Shown here: positions 20,513 through 30,329 of the stretch, piece after piece | How the letters are laid out: every line of letters starts with the position of its first letter | Numbering within the stretch: position 1 is the stretch's first letter | Notes under the pieces: model-generated | What the model was told of the DNA's origin: nothing | The model's input: the letters and a program-made list of their open reading frames with translations, nothing else | Databases searched by the model: none | NCBI GenBank assembly: GCA_045125595.1 | Contig: JBGVNN010000040.1 | Coordinates: forward strand, 6,735-70,734 | From: Candidatus Egerieisoma sp. | Lineage (GTDB): Bacteria > Bacillota > Clostridia > UBA1212 > UBA1255 | Reading direction: 5' to 3' | Length of the DNA stretch: 64,000 bases | Made by a program: the position numbers and the translations under genes

Positions 20513-20559
20513 AAAAAGAATCCCGAAGCTCAGAATGAAAATTCATCCAAGCTACGGGA
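20513..20559 (-). terminator. rho-independent terminator after rplT
   Basis: On the minus strand, TCCCGTAGCT...AGCTTCGGGA (10-bp stem, one mismatch) followed by TTCTTTTT. Confidence 0.6.
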
Positions 20560-20582
20560 CCAATAAATCATATCCGTCTAAC

Positions 20583-20930
20583 TCACGCTTTAACTGTATC
20601 AACGAGCTTAGCGAATGCTACGCTGTCATTTACAGCCATATCAGCAAGAATTTTTCTATCGAGCTCGATGCCCTTTACTTTGAGACCATGCATAAATGTG
20701 CTGTATGACATACCATTCATTCTTGCAGCTGCATTGATTCTTGCTATCCAGAGTTTTCTAAAGTTTCTCTTGTTAGCACGTCTGTCTCTATATGCATACA
20801 TAGCTGATTTAATAACAGCTTGGTTAGCTGTCTTAAATACTGTGCTCTTTCTGCCGAAATATCCTTTAGCAAGCTTTAAAACTCTTTTGCGTCTTGCTCT
20901 TGTTGCTACTGAATTCTTTACTCTTGACAT
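20583..20930 (-). CDS. rplT: 50S ribosomal protein L20
   Basis: 115 aa. [26 protein letters not shown] matches the canonical L20 N-terminus. Confidence 0.95.
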   Translation of the reverse strand: MSRVKNSVATRARRKRVLKLAKGYFGRKSTVFKTANQAVIKSAMYAYRDRRANKRNFRKLWIARINAAARMNGMSYSTFMHGLKVKGIELDRKILADMAVNDSVAFAKLVDTVKA

Positions 20931-20951
20931 AACTCGGTACCCTCCTTAATC

Positions 20952-21149
20952 TTATACATAAGGCAGCATTTTCTTTACTCTTGCTGCATTTGAATCAGCT
21001 GCGAAAGCAGGCATCTTGTGAGCTTTCTTAGCTTTTCTGGGTTTACTTACGAGTCTGTGTCTTCTGCAAGCATGGCTCATTTTAACCTTACCTGTAGCAC
21101 TGATTCTGAATCTTTTTTTAGAAGCACTATGTGTCTTTACTTTAGGCAT
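20952..21149 (-). CDS. rpmI: 50S ribosomal protein L35
   Basis: Start moved to MPKVKTHSASKKRF (ATG 21149), with an AAAGGAAAGGGA RBS region upstream. Confidence 0.9.
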   Translation of the reverse strand: MPKVKTHSASKKRFRISATGKVKMSHACRRHRLVSKPRKAKKAHKMPAFAADSNAARVKKMLPYV

Positions 21150-21244
21150 TATTAATCCCTTTCCTTTCTTTACTGCGTAACTCAATTTTCTTTTGCTACG
21201 TACTTTTATATGTTTTAACTAAATTACCTGTTGAGTTGGTTATA

Positions 21245-21754
21245 TCATTTAGGGCTGATGATAACTGACATTCTTTTTCCTTCTAACTTAGGTCTTTTAT
21301 CCATGACGCCATACTCTTTTACAGTATCTGCAAATCTGTCGATAAGCACTTCTCCGTCGCCTGTATGGTTCATCTCTCTGCCACCGAATCGAACTGTAAC
21401 CTTTACTTTATCTCCATCTTTAAGAAACTTAACTGCACCTTTTACCTTAACTTGAAAATCATGTTCTCCGATACCAAGACCCAATCTAACTTCTTTAATG
21501 TTGACAACCTTTTGATTTTTACGATTCTCGCGCTCCTTTTTTGCCATATCAAACACATATTTGTTATAATCCATTATTTTGCAAACAGGCGGTTTTGCCG
21601 TCGGAGCTATCATGACTAAGTCCAAATTTTTTTGATATGCAATCTGAAGTGCTTCCTTTGACGAGACGATACCGATAAGGGCTCCTTCATCATCAATCAA
21701 TCTGACCTCAGCTTCATTAATTTCTTCATTTACCATCAAGTCGTTTTTGTTAAT
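21245..21754 (-). CDS. infC: translation initiation factor IF-3, probable ATT start
   Basis: The block EAEVRLIDDEGALIGIVS and the C-terminal domain are typical IF-3. GGAGGTG lies 6 nt upstream of in-frame ATT at 21754. The alternative ATG start is at 21736. Confidence 0.88.
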   Translation of the reverse strand: MNKNDLMVNEEINEAEVRLIDDEGALIGIVSSKEALQIAYQKNLDLVMIAPTAKPPVCKIMDYNKYVFDMAKKERENRKNQKVVNIKEVRLGLGIGEHDFQVKVKGAVKFLKDGDKVKVTVRFGGREMNHTGDGEVLIDRFADTVKEYGVMDKRPKLEGKRMSVIISPK

Positions 21755-21829
21755 AACCGACACCTCCAAAATAAATAAAAGTGGCGAACCAAGTAACGAT
21801 TCGCCACACATTTAAACAATCTCATTATC

Positions 21830-21955
21830 AAGCATCCACGCATATCAGTCAAATTTATCAATTAAATTTGTACATACTGAAATTTCATTGCGTGAAACCC
21901 GCTGATTCGAAATCGGCCAAGGTGTGAAGCGAATTGCTTCCTCTTAACGCGCTTA
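21830..21955 (-). promoter_or_regulatory. candidate L20 ribosomal-protein leader upstream of infC-rpmI-rplT
   Basis: A non-coding, locally GC-richer structured segment (for example the GAAGCAATTCGCTTC hairpin) sits where Firmicutes carry the L20 leader. It was not verified against a covariance model. Confidence 0.4.
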
Positions 21956-22004
21956 CATATAATAACATATTATCTATTTATATGTCAACATTTTTTTACA
22001 TATA

Positions 22005-22035
22005 ATTAAAACAGCTCCGACATAACATCGGAGCT
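22005..22035 (-). terminator. rho-independent terminator after the 942-aa gene
   Basis: CAGCTCCG (22011..22018) pairs with CGGAGCTG (22028..22035). On the minus strand it is followed by TTTTAATT. Confidence 0.6.
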
Positions 22036-22070
22036 GTAATCATTGATAGATTGATTAAAATCAAACAGTT

Positions 22071-24899
22071 TTAATCCGCTACAGAATAATATCTAACTGT
22101 CGAATCACCATACTTCATCATTGCTTTTACTAAATCACCAACACTTGCATCATTTTGTTTTTTGCACGCATAAGATTCTACTGAATAAATAAGTGTACCG
22201 CTCACAGCTTGATCATACTGATTGTAAACAGTAAAGCCGAATTCTGTACTCATATCATTAGCTGTCAAGTTATCAAACTCAAATGAGTATCTGCCTGTAT
22301 TTGTAGATGTAAGCTTGTCATTATTTATTATTTGTATAATGTTACCATTTAAATCTGTAACTTTTACATGAAGTCCTTCTTTTGAATCAGCTGCGAATGC
22401 CGGTCTAATAACAACCTTGTTAACAAGAACAAGTGTTGCACTCTTCCAAGCCAACAAATCCTCAACTGCGCCATCTTCTCCGGCATCAGGAACAGATGTA
22501 TGATCTACAAGTTCTCTTAATGTTTGTGTTCCCAAAGCAACTTGCTCAGGTGTCAAAATTGAATTAACAAGCTTATCAGTTTTGTAGTTTTGATAAATTT
22601 GGAAAGCTGTACCATATTGAATCATATCAACAATCAATGTTTTAACCGTTGCACTTGTCGACGCTTTTGAAAGCATGGATGTTGCATACTTAGCAACGCT
22701 GTATTTGGTCGGCGCACTAGCATAAACTTTACCATCAAGTTCACCATAGAGAACAAAATTAATCTCATCATTCATCATATAAGGCGAAATCTTTTTAAAA
22801 TCAAAGACATAAGAAGCTTTTCCGCTACCCGAAGTGCCCAAAGTAGGTTCTAAAATATCTAAAACTTCTGTTTGGAAAGCAGTATAGTAAGCATACAACT
22901 TCAAGTTTGTATATCCCACTTTGTCTATATCTTCTTTATATGCATACATACGCATTGTAATATCATTCTTCAAAATAAGTGTACCTGCATTCAACTTAAG
23001 ATCTGTATTAAGTTTATCTTTTGCTACAAAATTATCAAGTTCAAGAGTTTGACTTCTTGTAGCGAAAGCAATTGCTGAAGATGTAGAAACAAGTGCATTT
23101 TCAACAGTAGCAACTACCGCACCTTTTTGGTCCATAAGAGTAACTTCGCTATAATATTGCTCTTTATATTCACTGCTTACTGTAGGAACTTTAGGAGTTT
23201 TACAAACAACTGTTGCAAAAAGAACATCATTAGCGTAAAACTTAATTGTACCTGCATTATCATCAGAAACTCTGTATCTGTTGAAAGCAGCAAGATTCTC
23301 TACAACATCATAGTAGTAATTACCTTTTACGCAAAGGTTGCCATTATCATCAAGATATTTTACAAAAATTTCAATACAAGGTTTGCTATCAATTGTTCTG
23401 AAAGAGAAGCCGATACCTGTTGTACCTGTTGTACTGTTAGCTCCATCTTTTCTAACACCATCATTTGAGAAGAACACAATTTTCGGATTGTTTGTGATAA
23501 CTTCTTTACCGTATTTTACATAGAAACCTGCAAAATCGTTACCTGCAGAACCCATCTTAAGATCAAAAGCAAGCTCACTTGCACTTGTCCATCTGACATC
23601 AGAACAGAACTGTACAAAACCATCCATCTTTGCAGCATAACCGGGTGTTACTGTGAACGAACTGCTTGAACTTCCAAGATCCGGAGAAAACTTATCTTTG
23701 AAATAAGTAGCTCCTGCATAAAGATCTGAATTTGCAATATCTGTAGTAAAGTCATATGTATATCCTTCTTCTGTAGCACCATATGCACCTTCAAATGCTT
23801 TAACAACAGAATCAAAAGTATCACTTTCTTCAACTACATCAGACAACTGAGTAATCTCTGTTGAAATGTTTTGGCTGTTGATTGTCTCTGTACCATCAAC
23901 AATTAATTTTTCAACAATTACCAAATGATAATGACCTGCACCAGTCTCTGTAGAATCCGCAGAAATGTCAAAGTTCTTAGGTCCTAACAAATATGCAGCA
24001 TCAGTTGTGTGAATAGTTTTATTAACTTTAACTTGATGTGTGCTTACTGATACAAAAGGAAGTTTTGTTACACTTTCGTTAGCAACTCTTGCTTGTACTG
24101 TGCCAGCAAGGGTAGCAGATTTAATATCGAACGAAGTGTTATAATTGCCTACATACAAAGAACCTGCACCATTTGAATATTCAGAAAGAATAGCGTTTGT
24201 ATTTGAACAACTCAACTTAGAACCATTAGACATAGTAATTGTCGGTTTTGTTGTTGCGTCGCTGATAAACAATGCAAATCCGCCTGACCAATCATAAAGG
24301 CTTGAACCTGTTGTAAGCATAGCTGCATCAAGAACAACTTTAGGCGAACCGCTTACAACATTGATACAAGGACCAATAGCTGCGTTATTTAACATTGCAT
24401 TCTTAACCTTAACAGTTGCTGAACCTGATACAGAAATCAAGCCACCGCTTTGTTTAGGTGCTGTAAAAGCATAATGTTCAGATTTGTTTGCAACAAAATC
24501 TATAACACCGTACTTGCCGCTGTCTTTAATCTCAAGAGTTGCAGAGCTAGATACATTAATGGGGCTCTTCGGTACACCGGAAACCTCCATATACTCAAAA
24601 GCATCTGCCGTAAAAGTAACACCTTTACCGTTAAGCTCAATAACTTTACTTCCCGAAGACACTGAAATACAATTGTTTATTGCTGTTTCTGCGCTTGTAG
24701 CAGTAAACTCAATGTCTGCGGTTACAGTAATATTAACATCGCCTGTACTTTCCAACGCTGTTTTAAGCTCTGCCCATGTACCTACAGATACTGCTGTAGC
24801 AGCGCTAACTGTTGAAAAGCTAAGTCCTGACATCATGGTCAATATCATGCTCAATGCAATAATAGCACTGACAGCACGCTTTGAAAGACTCATTTTCAT
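22071..24899 (-). CDS. large secreted protein of unknown function
   Basis: 942 aa. Signal peptide ...SFSTVSAATA and RBS AAGGAGGA. The N-terminus is rich in short beta-strand repeats (possibly a beta-helix). No anchor motif was seen. Confidence 0.7.
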   Translation of the reverse strand: MKMSLSKRAVSAIIALSMILTMMSGLSFSTVSAATAVSVGTWAELKTALESTGDVNITVTADIEFTATSAETAINNCISVSSGSKVIELNGKGVTFTADAFEYMEVSGVPKSPINVSSSATLEIKDSGKYGVIDFVANKSEHYAFTAPKQSGGLISVSGSATVKVKNAMLNNAAIGPCINVVSGSPKVVLDAAMLTTGSSLYDWSGGFALFISDATTKPTITMSNGSKLSCSNTNAILSEYSNGAGSLYVGNYNTSFDIKSATLAGTVQARVANESVTKLPFVSVSTHQVKVNKTIHTTDAAYLLGPKNFDISADSTETGAGHYHLVIVEKLIVDGTETINSQNISTEITQLSDVVEESDTFDSVVKAFEGAYGATEEGYTYDFTTDIANSDLYAGATYFKDKFSPDLGSSSSSFTVTPGYAAKMDGFVQFCSDVRWTSASELAFDLKMGSAGNDFAGFYVKYGKEVITNNPKIVFFSNDGVRKDGANSTTGTTGIGFSFRTIDSKPCIEIFVKYLDDNGNLCVKGNYYYDVVENLAAFNRYRVSDDNAGTIKFYANDVLFATVVCKTPKVPTVSSEYKEQYYSEVTLMDQKGAVVATVENALVSTSSAIAFATRSQTLELDNFVAKDKLNTDLKLNAGTLILKNDITMRMYAYKEDIDKVGYTNLKLYAYYTAFQTEVLDILEPTLGTSGSGKASYVFDFKKISPYMMNDEINFVLYGELDGKVYASAPTKYSVAKYATSMLSKASTSATVKTLIVDMIQYGTAFQIYQNYKTDKLVNSILTPEQVALGTQTLRELVDHTSVPDAGEDGAVEDLLAWKSATLVLVNKVVIRPAFAADSKEGLHVKVTDLNGNIIQIINNDKLTSTNTGRYSFEFDNLTANDMSTEFGFTVYNQYDQAVSGTLIYSVESYACKKQNDASVGDLVKAMMKYGDSTVRYYSVAD

Positions 24900-25047
24900 T
24901 AAATATTCCTCCTTAAAAATATAAATATAAAACCCATGCTCAAGTTTCGAATATTCTTATAGCATGTCCCTCATAGTTATCGTTAATTTTAAACTCATAT
25001 AAGGTTTTTGTCAATGCCATTTTCGTTTTACACTCTTACATTTTTAA

Positions 25048-26307
25048 TCAATTCAGGAGTTCTTCTTCTATCCTCAATAATCTGTTAAACTTTGCTGTTC
25101 TTTCACCTCTGCATGGTGCTCCTGTCTTAATAAATCCAGCATTCATGCCAACTGCCAAATCCGCAATAAAAGTATCCTCTGTTTCTCCGCTTCTGTGGGA
25201 AACAATTGTTTTAAAACCGTTGCTTCTTGCAAATCTTATTGCATCCACCGTTTGTGTAACCGTTCCTATCTGATTAGGTTTTATCAAAATAGCATTTCCC
25301 GAATGCATTTCAACTCCTTTTGAAAGCCTTATTGCATTTGTTACAAATAAATCATCACCTATCACTCCGCAAAGACCTACACCTTCCAAATCCGCCGTAA
25401 GTTTTTGCCAGCCGATCCAATCATTTTCCCCCAACGGATCCTCTACAGAAAATATAGGATATCTCGCACAAAGATTTACCCAATTTTTTATCAATTCTCC
25501 CGTCGAAAATTTCACATTACGCTTTGGCATAACATAGCTATCCCCTTGTACCCACTCACTTGCCGCAATATCAAGCGAAATCATGAAATCTTCAGGGCAC
25601 TTGTATCCTGCATTTTCAATCGCCGCTAAAATCAGCTCAATTGCCTCAGTATCATCCTTCAAATCAGGCGCAAAGCCACCTTCATCACCTACAGCTATTG
25701 ACTTTCCCTGTTTTTTCAGAAGTAGTTGTAAACTTTTGTAGACTTCTACGGAACGGCGCAGTGCTTCCTTAAATGTAGGCGCATTTACCGGCACCAGCAT
25801 AAATTCTTGTATATCAATGTTATTTGAGGCATGCACTCCTCCGTTAATAACATTTAGCATAGGTACAGGCATTGTTCTACCCGAAAATCCACCTATATAT
25901 CTGTAGACCGGTTGTCTGTTTATATGAGCTCCCGCATTTACACATGCAATTGAAACAGCAAGAATCGCATTTGCACCGAGATTTGACTTGTCATTTGTAC
26001 CATCACAGCGAATCATTGCATTATCAATCGCGTAAATATCCGTCACACTCATTCCGTATAAAAGCTCACAAATCGTCGTATTGATGTTTTTTACTGCATT
26101 TGTTACACCTTTACCATTAAATCTTTGAGGATTGTTGTCCCTTAACTCCAATGCTTCATATTCTCCGGTAGACGCACCCGAAGGAGCAATTCCTCTGAAA
26201 ACCTCTCCATTAGCCAACATTACCTCAGCTTCAACAGTAGGATTACCTCTCGAATCAAGAACTTCCCTGCCTCTTACATTTTTTATTACAGAATCACTAA
26301 TAAACAT
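25048..26307 (-). CDS. eno: enolase
   Basis: SRGNPTVEAEV, SHRSGETED and LLRIEEEL. Start at MFISDS (26307) with GGGAG upstream. Confidence 0.93.
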   Translation of the reverse strand: MFISDSVIKNVRGREVLDSRGNPTVEAEVMLANGEVFRGIAPSGASTGEYEALELRDNNPQRFNGKGVTNAVKNINTTICELLYGMSVTDIYAIDNAMIRCDGTNDKSNLGANAILAVSIACVNAGAHINRQPVYRYIGGFSGRTMPVPMLNVINGGVHASNNIDIQEFMLVPVNAPTFKEALRRSVEVYKSLQLLLKKQGKSIAVGDEGGFAPDLKDDTEAIELILAAIENAGYKCPEDFMISLDIAASEWVQGDSYVMPKRNVKFSTGELIKNWVNLCARYPIFSVEDPLGENDWIGWQKLTADLEGVGLCGVIGDDLFVTNAIRLSKGVEMHSGNAILIKPNQIGTVTQTVDAIRFARSNGFKTIVSHRSGETEDTFIADLAVGMNAGFIKTGAPCRGERTAKFNRLLRIEEELLN

Positions 26308-26353
26308 ACAGCACACTCCCAATCTATTTATTAAATAATAATCTCCCCGTATT

Positions 26354-27436
26354 TTACATTTCTATACTTCGACCTTGTCCCAATATCAAAAGTTTTACGC
26401 TTCTCACCAAAAGGCACTTAATCGTCGCATATATCGGCACTGCGGCAACTATTCCCCACAACCCGAAAAACTCCTGTCCCACAAAAATCACAATTATCAC
26501 AGTAACGGGATGTATTCCTAAATTTCCCTCGATTATTTTCGGCGAAATAAAATGATTGTCAATTTGTTGAACCAATAAAAACAACACCAAAACCCACAAC
26601 GCCCGTTCCGGAGATATCATCAAAGCCGTAAGAACCGGTAAAACCGCGCCTAAAAACGGGCCAAAGTAAGGAATCATATTTGAAACACCGCCAATTATTC
26701 CCAAAAACACACAATATGGCACTTTCAAAGCAAAAAGTCCCAACATCTCCAAGGTTCCCACTATAAACGCAACAAACACTTGTCCTTGTATAAATTTAGC
26801 TGAAATCATACCAAGTTCATTTGCAATTTCGCTCACATGTTGACGCCAACTATACGGAAAAATTCCAAAAAATCCATTTAAAATCAATTTTTTATCTCTC
26901 AAAAAATAATAAGTAAGCACAACGGTCGTTACTCCGCCTACAATAATTTCAGAAATTTTACCAAATAAAGAAAATGTAGAAGCAATATTGTAAACGCCAT
27001 CCAATTTAGCCGCGATTTTGTCAGCCGCAGATTCAGTAAAAGACAAGAGTTTTCTTTTGAGTTCCATATGTTCATCAGAAATATAATTACTAATAAACAA
27101 ATTGATTTTTGGTACAATTTCTCCTGATTTTTCAATTATATCTGCTACATTCGAAACAACTGTAGGCACAACAAAAACAATTACAACACCTAAAACAATA
27201 ACAGCCGATATAAAAACTATCTGTACAGCCCTGAGTCTTGTTTTATTTCGTATAAAAACCAAGTGTTTTTGTACGAAATCCACTAAAGGGTCAAGCATAT
27301 ATGCCAGCAAAACAGCCAACGCAATAGGTATAAAAACACCGGCCAATCTTTTGCTCAGAAAAAACAGTACCAAACATAACACAAATATAGGAATTAAAGG
27401 TATTAATTTCGACCAAAAGGAGCCGGTGCTCTTCAT
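26354..27436 (-). CDS. AI-2E (PerM) family transporter
   Basis: 360 aa with about 8 TM helices. The conserved tail FGLWGIVAAVPIYA is typical of the family. Confidence 0.78.
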   Translation of the reverse strand: MKSTGSFWSKLIPLIPIFVLCLVLFFLSKRLAGVFIPIALAVLLAYMLDPLVDFVQKHLVFIRNKTRLRAVQIVFISAVIVLGVVIVFVVPTVVSNVADIIEKSGEIVPKINLFISNYISDEHMELKRKLLSFTESAADKIAAKLDGVYNIASTFSLFGKISEIIVGGVTTVVLTYYFLRDKKLILNGFFGIFPYSWRQHVSEIANELGMISAKFIQGQVFVAFIVGTLEMLGLFALKVPYCVFLGIIGGVSNMIPYFGPFLGAVLPVLTALMISPERALWVLVLFLLVQQIDNHFISPKIIEGNLGIHPVTVIIVIFVGQEFFGLWGIVAAVPIYATIKCLLVRSVKLLILGQGRSIEM

Positions 27437-27614
27437 ATTCGTCAGTCTCTTTCTTTATCGGCTCATGATTTTGCACATATTTCTGTACATGCCACAAACC
27501 TTTTTCTTTATTTTTCTGCAATTACAAGTCAAATCCAAACCCGTAACATATGCTGTAGCGCCTCCAACAAGAGCGCCTATAACCATACCTTTAGCTACTG
27601 CCGATAACATTTTG

Positions 27615-28109
27615 TTATTCATCATCACTATCACCCCTTGCGATTATATATTCCTCTCCAAATTCCACTCCATCTTTCATAAACACGACTCGTCTGCCCT
27701 CAATCATGTCATTCACGAAACCTTTAGAAAGTTCAAATCCCTCCGGCATTCCCGTTTCTATATCAAAAACCAAATCGTGTACCACACCAATGTTCTCTCC
27801 ACTTTCCGAAATTACTTCTCTGCCCATATATTCTTCTAATGCGCACTCCGTTTTCAAATTTCTGCTTCTGCTGTACCTTTTTACGGAATCCTTGCTGTAC
27901 ACTACACAAATTTCGTCGTTCAATTTAAGAATATCATTCAAATCAATATATTTTTTCCTGAATTTTCCTGAAATTCCATTTTCACTTTCTATCAAAAAGC
28001 CTTTTACAGTATTTTGTGCGTCATATAACGGTTCCGAAACAAATCCCAATCGCCCCTCATCTTTCAAGCAAACAATCGGCACACCTTTACATTCTTGAAT
28101 ACGAATCAT
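27615..28109 (-). CDS. tandem PRC-barrel domain protein (YlmC/YmxH-related)
   Basis: MIRIQECKGVPIVCLKDEGRLGFVSE and a second barrel GREVISESGENIGVVHDLVFD. Start at ATG 28109 with AGGTGA 5 nt upstream. Confidence 0.7.
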   Translation of the reverse strand: MIRIQECKGVPIVCLKDEGRLGFVSEPLYDAQNTVKGFLIESENGISGKFRKKYIDLNDILKLNDEICVVYSKDSVKRYSRSRNLKTECALEEYMGREVISESGENIGVVHDLVFDIETGMPEGFELSKGFVNDMIEGRRVVFMKDGVEFGEEYIIARGDSDDE

Positions 28110-28191
28110 TTTTATCACCTAAACACCTATTGTATATTTTCAAAAAAAATGTTTAAATATACATATTAAATTTTTAAGGAGTGTTTTTGAA

Positions 28192-29454
28192 ATGTCCAAT
28201 AAGGATTCATATAAAAACATCGGATTAATTGCTCCCGATATATTATTGCCTAAAAAATCAATTAATATGTACAAGTGGGCAACAGTTGCATGTGACCAAT
28301 ACACATCACAACCCGATTACTGGCAAAATGTAGAAGAAATTACAAAAGATGCACCATCCACATACAACCTTATGCTTCCCGAAATTTATCTTGAAGACGG
28401 TAATGTAGACGAGCGCATCGCTCAAATAAATTCAAATATGAAAAATTATATTGAATCAAATGTCTTTGATACATATAAAGATTCTTTTATTCTCATAAAA
28501 CGCAGTACACCATATTCTCCTGTTCGCACAGGATTGGTGGCCGCACTCGACCTTGAAAAATATGATTTCCATAAAGGCGCAAAAGCTCTCATAAGAGCAA
28601 CAGAAGGCACCGTTACAGAGAGAATTCCTCCTCGTATGAAAGTCAGAAAAAACGCTTGCTTGGAGATGCCTCACATAATGATTCTCATTGATGACCCCAA
28701 TAAAACCGTCATCGAACCTCTCAGCGCAAAGCTCGAAAACGCGCAACCAATTTACAGCACAGAGCTTATGAAAGACGGCGGCTCCATTAACGGATACCTC
28801 GTTAATAAAGAAACTGCCCCCGAGTCTTTTGAGGAAGTTTTCGCTGCACTTGAGGCGCTCGCCCAAGTTTCCGACGGATTCTTGTTTGCGGTAGGAGACG
28901 GAAACCACTCGCTCGCCTCTGCAAAGTGCCACTACGAAGAACTGAAAAAAGCAGGACTTCCTTGCGAAAAAGCCCGCTACGCAATGGTAGAAATCGTAAA
29001 CTTACACGACCAAGGCATTATTTTCGAACCTATCCACAGAGTTGTTTTCGGAGCAGATTTTGATGACATCATGACATATTTCAAAGAAAAAGGTTGCTCT
29101 GTTAACGAGAAAAAAGAAAACGCACACGAGATACCATATACTTCATGCGGATGTGATGGTACAATCTACATACCAAAAGAAATGCACATGCTTGCGGTAG
29201 GTGCTTTGCAATTGCTTCTCGACCAATACATTGCAGCAAAAGAAGACGTAAAAATAGACTACATACACGGTGATGATTCTGTTAAAGAGTTGTCTTCTTC
29301 AAAAGGAAATATAGGTTTCTTTTTATCCTCTATGGACAAGAACGATTTATTCCCCACCGTAGCAGACAAAGGCGCTCTTCCTCGCAAAACTTTCTCTATG
29401 GGAGAAGCTTGCGAAAAGCGTTATTACATAGAGTGCAGACAGATTGCAGATTAA
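28192..29454 (+). CDS. DUF1015 family protein
   Basis: 420 aa. LIAPDILLPK...WATVACDQYTSQ and GDGNHSLASAK resemble DUF1015 proteins as I remember them. RBS AAGGAG. Confidence 0.7.
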   Translation: MSNKDSYKNIGLIAPDILLPKKSINMYKWATVACDQYTSQPDYWQNVEEITKDAPSTYNLMLPEIYLEDGNVDERIAQINSNMKNYIESNVFDTYKDSFILIKRSTPYSPVRTGLVAALDLEKYDFHKGAKALIRATEGTVTERIPPRMKVRKNACLEMPHIMILIDDPNKTVIEPLSAKLENAQPIYSTELMKDGGSINGYLVNKETAPESFEEVFAALEALAQVSDGFLFAVGDGNHSLASAKCHYEELKKAGLPCEKARYAMVEIVNLHDQGIIFEPIHRVVFGADFDDIMTYFKEKGCSVNEKKENAHEIPYTSCGCDGTIYIPKEMHMLAVGALQLLLDQYIAAKEDVKIDYIHGDDSVKELSSSKGNIGFFLSSMDKNDLFPTVADKGALPRKTFSMGEACEKRYYIECRQIAD

Positions 29455-29550
29455 CTTTTACATAATTTTCAAGTTTAAAAAATAACTCATCGGGCAACAA
29501 TCAATATAAATCGAATAGATGACCATATTCAATGTCGGAGGATGCGGTTT

Positions 29551-30324
29551 ATGTTGATTAATAAAGTAGAATTATGCGGTGTAAATACCGCAAAGTTGCC
29601 CGTTTTATCTGCTGAAGAGAAGAAAAAACTTTTTGAAAAGATACTTCAAGGAGATAATCAGGCAAGAGAACAGTTTATACAAGGAAATTTACGATTGGTT
29701 CTTAGCGTGATACAGCGTTTTAACAGCAGAGGCGAGCCTGCCGATGATTTATTTCAAGTCGGTTGCATAGGTCTTATCAAAGCAATTGACAACTTTGATA
29801 TTACACAAGAAGTACAATTTTCGACGTATGCCGTGCCAATGATAATCGGCGAAGTACGCCGCTATTTAAGAGATAACAATGCAATCAGAGTAAGCCGCTC
29901 CTTGCGTGACCTTGCTTATAAAGCAATGCAAATGCGCGAGGAGCTTTTTAACAAAAACAACAAAGAACCTACTGTAAGCGAGCTCGCAAAGGAGCTCGAA
30001 GTGGACAGAGAAGAGCTTGCAATGGCAATTGACTCGGTTCAGGAAACAGTTTCCATGTTTGAGCCTATTTTCCAAGATGGCACAGATACAGTCTGCGTTA
30101 TGGATCAAATAAGAGATCTCAATAATACCGACAAAGCCTGGGAACAAACAATCACAATTTGCGAAGCAATGAAAAAGCTCCCCGAAAGGGAGCAAATGAT
30201 AATAAATTTACGTTTTTTTGAAGGTCGTACTCAAACGGAAATTGCCGAAGAAATCGGCATAAGCCAAGCACAAATTTCGCGTCTTGAAAAGAACGCATTG
30301 CGCTCTTTGCGCAAATATGTTTAA
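29551..30324 (+). CDS. sigG: sporulation sigma factor SigG
   Basis: MLINKVELCGVNTAKLPVL...GNLRLVLSVIQRFNSRGEPADDLFQVGCIGL...FSTYAVPMIIGEVRRYLRDNN...ISQAQISRLEK is near-colinear with B. subtilis SigG. Start set at the second ATG, 9 nt after GGAGG. Confidence 0.9.
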   Translation: MLINKVELCGVNTAKLPVLSAEEKKKLFEKILQGDNQAREQFIQGNLRLVLSVIQRFNSRGEPADDLFQVGCIGLIKAIDNFDITQEVQFSTYAVPMIIGEVRRYLRDNNAIRVSRSLRDLAYKAMQMREELFNKNNKEPTVSELAKELEVDREELAMAIDSVQETVSMFEPIFQDGTDTVCVMDQIRDLNNTDKAWEQTITICEAMKKLPEREQMIINLRFFEGRTQTEIAEEIGISQAQISRLEKNALRSLRKYV

Positions 30325-30329
30325 TTCTT

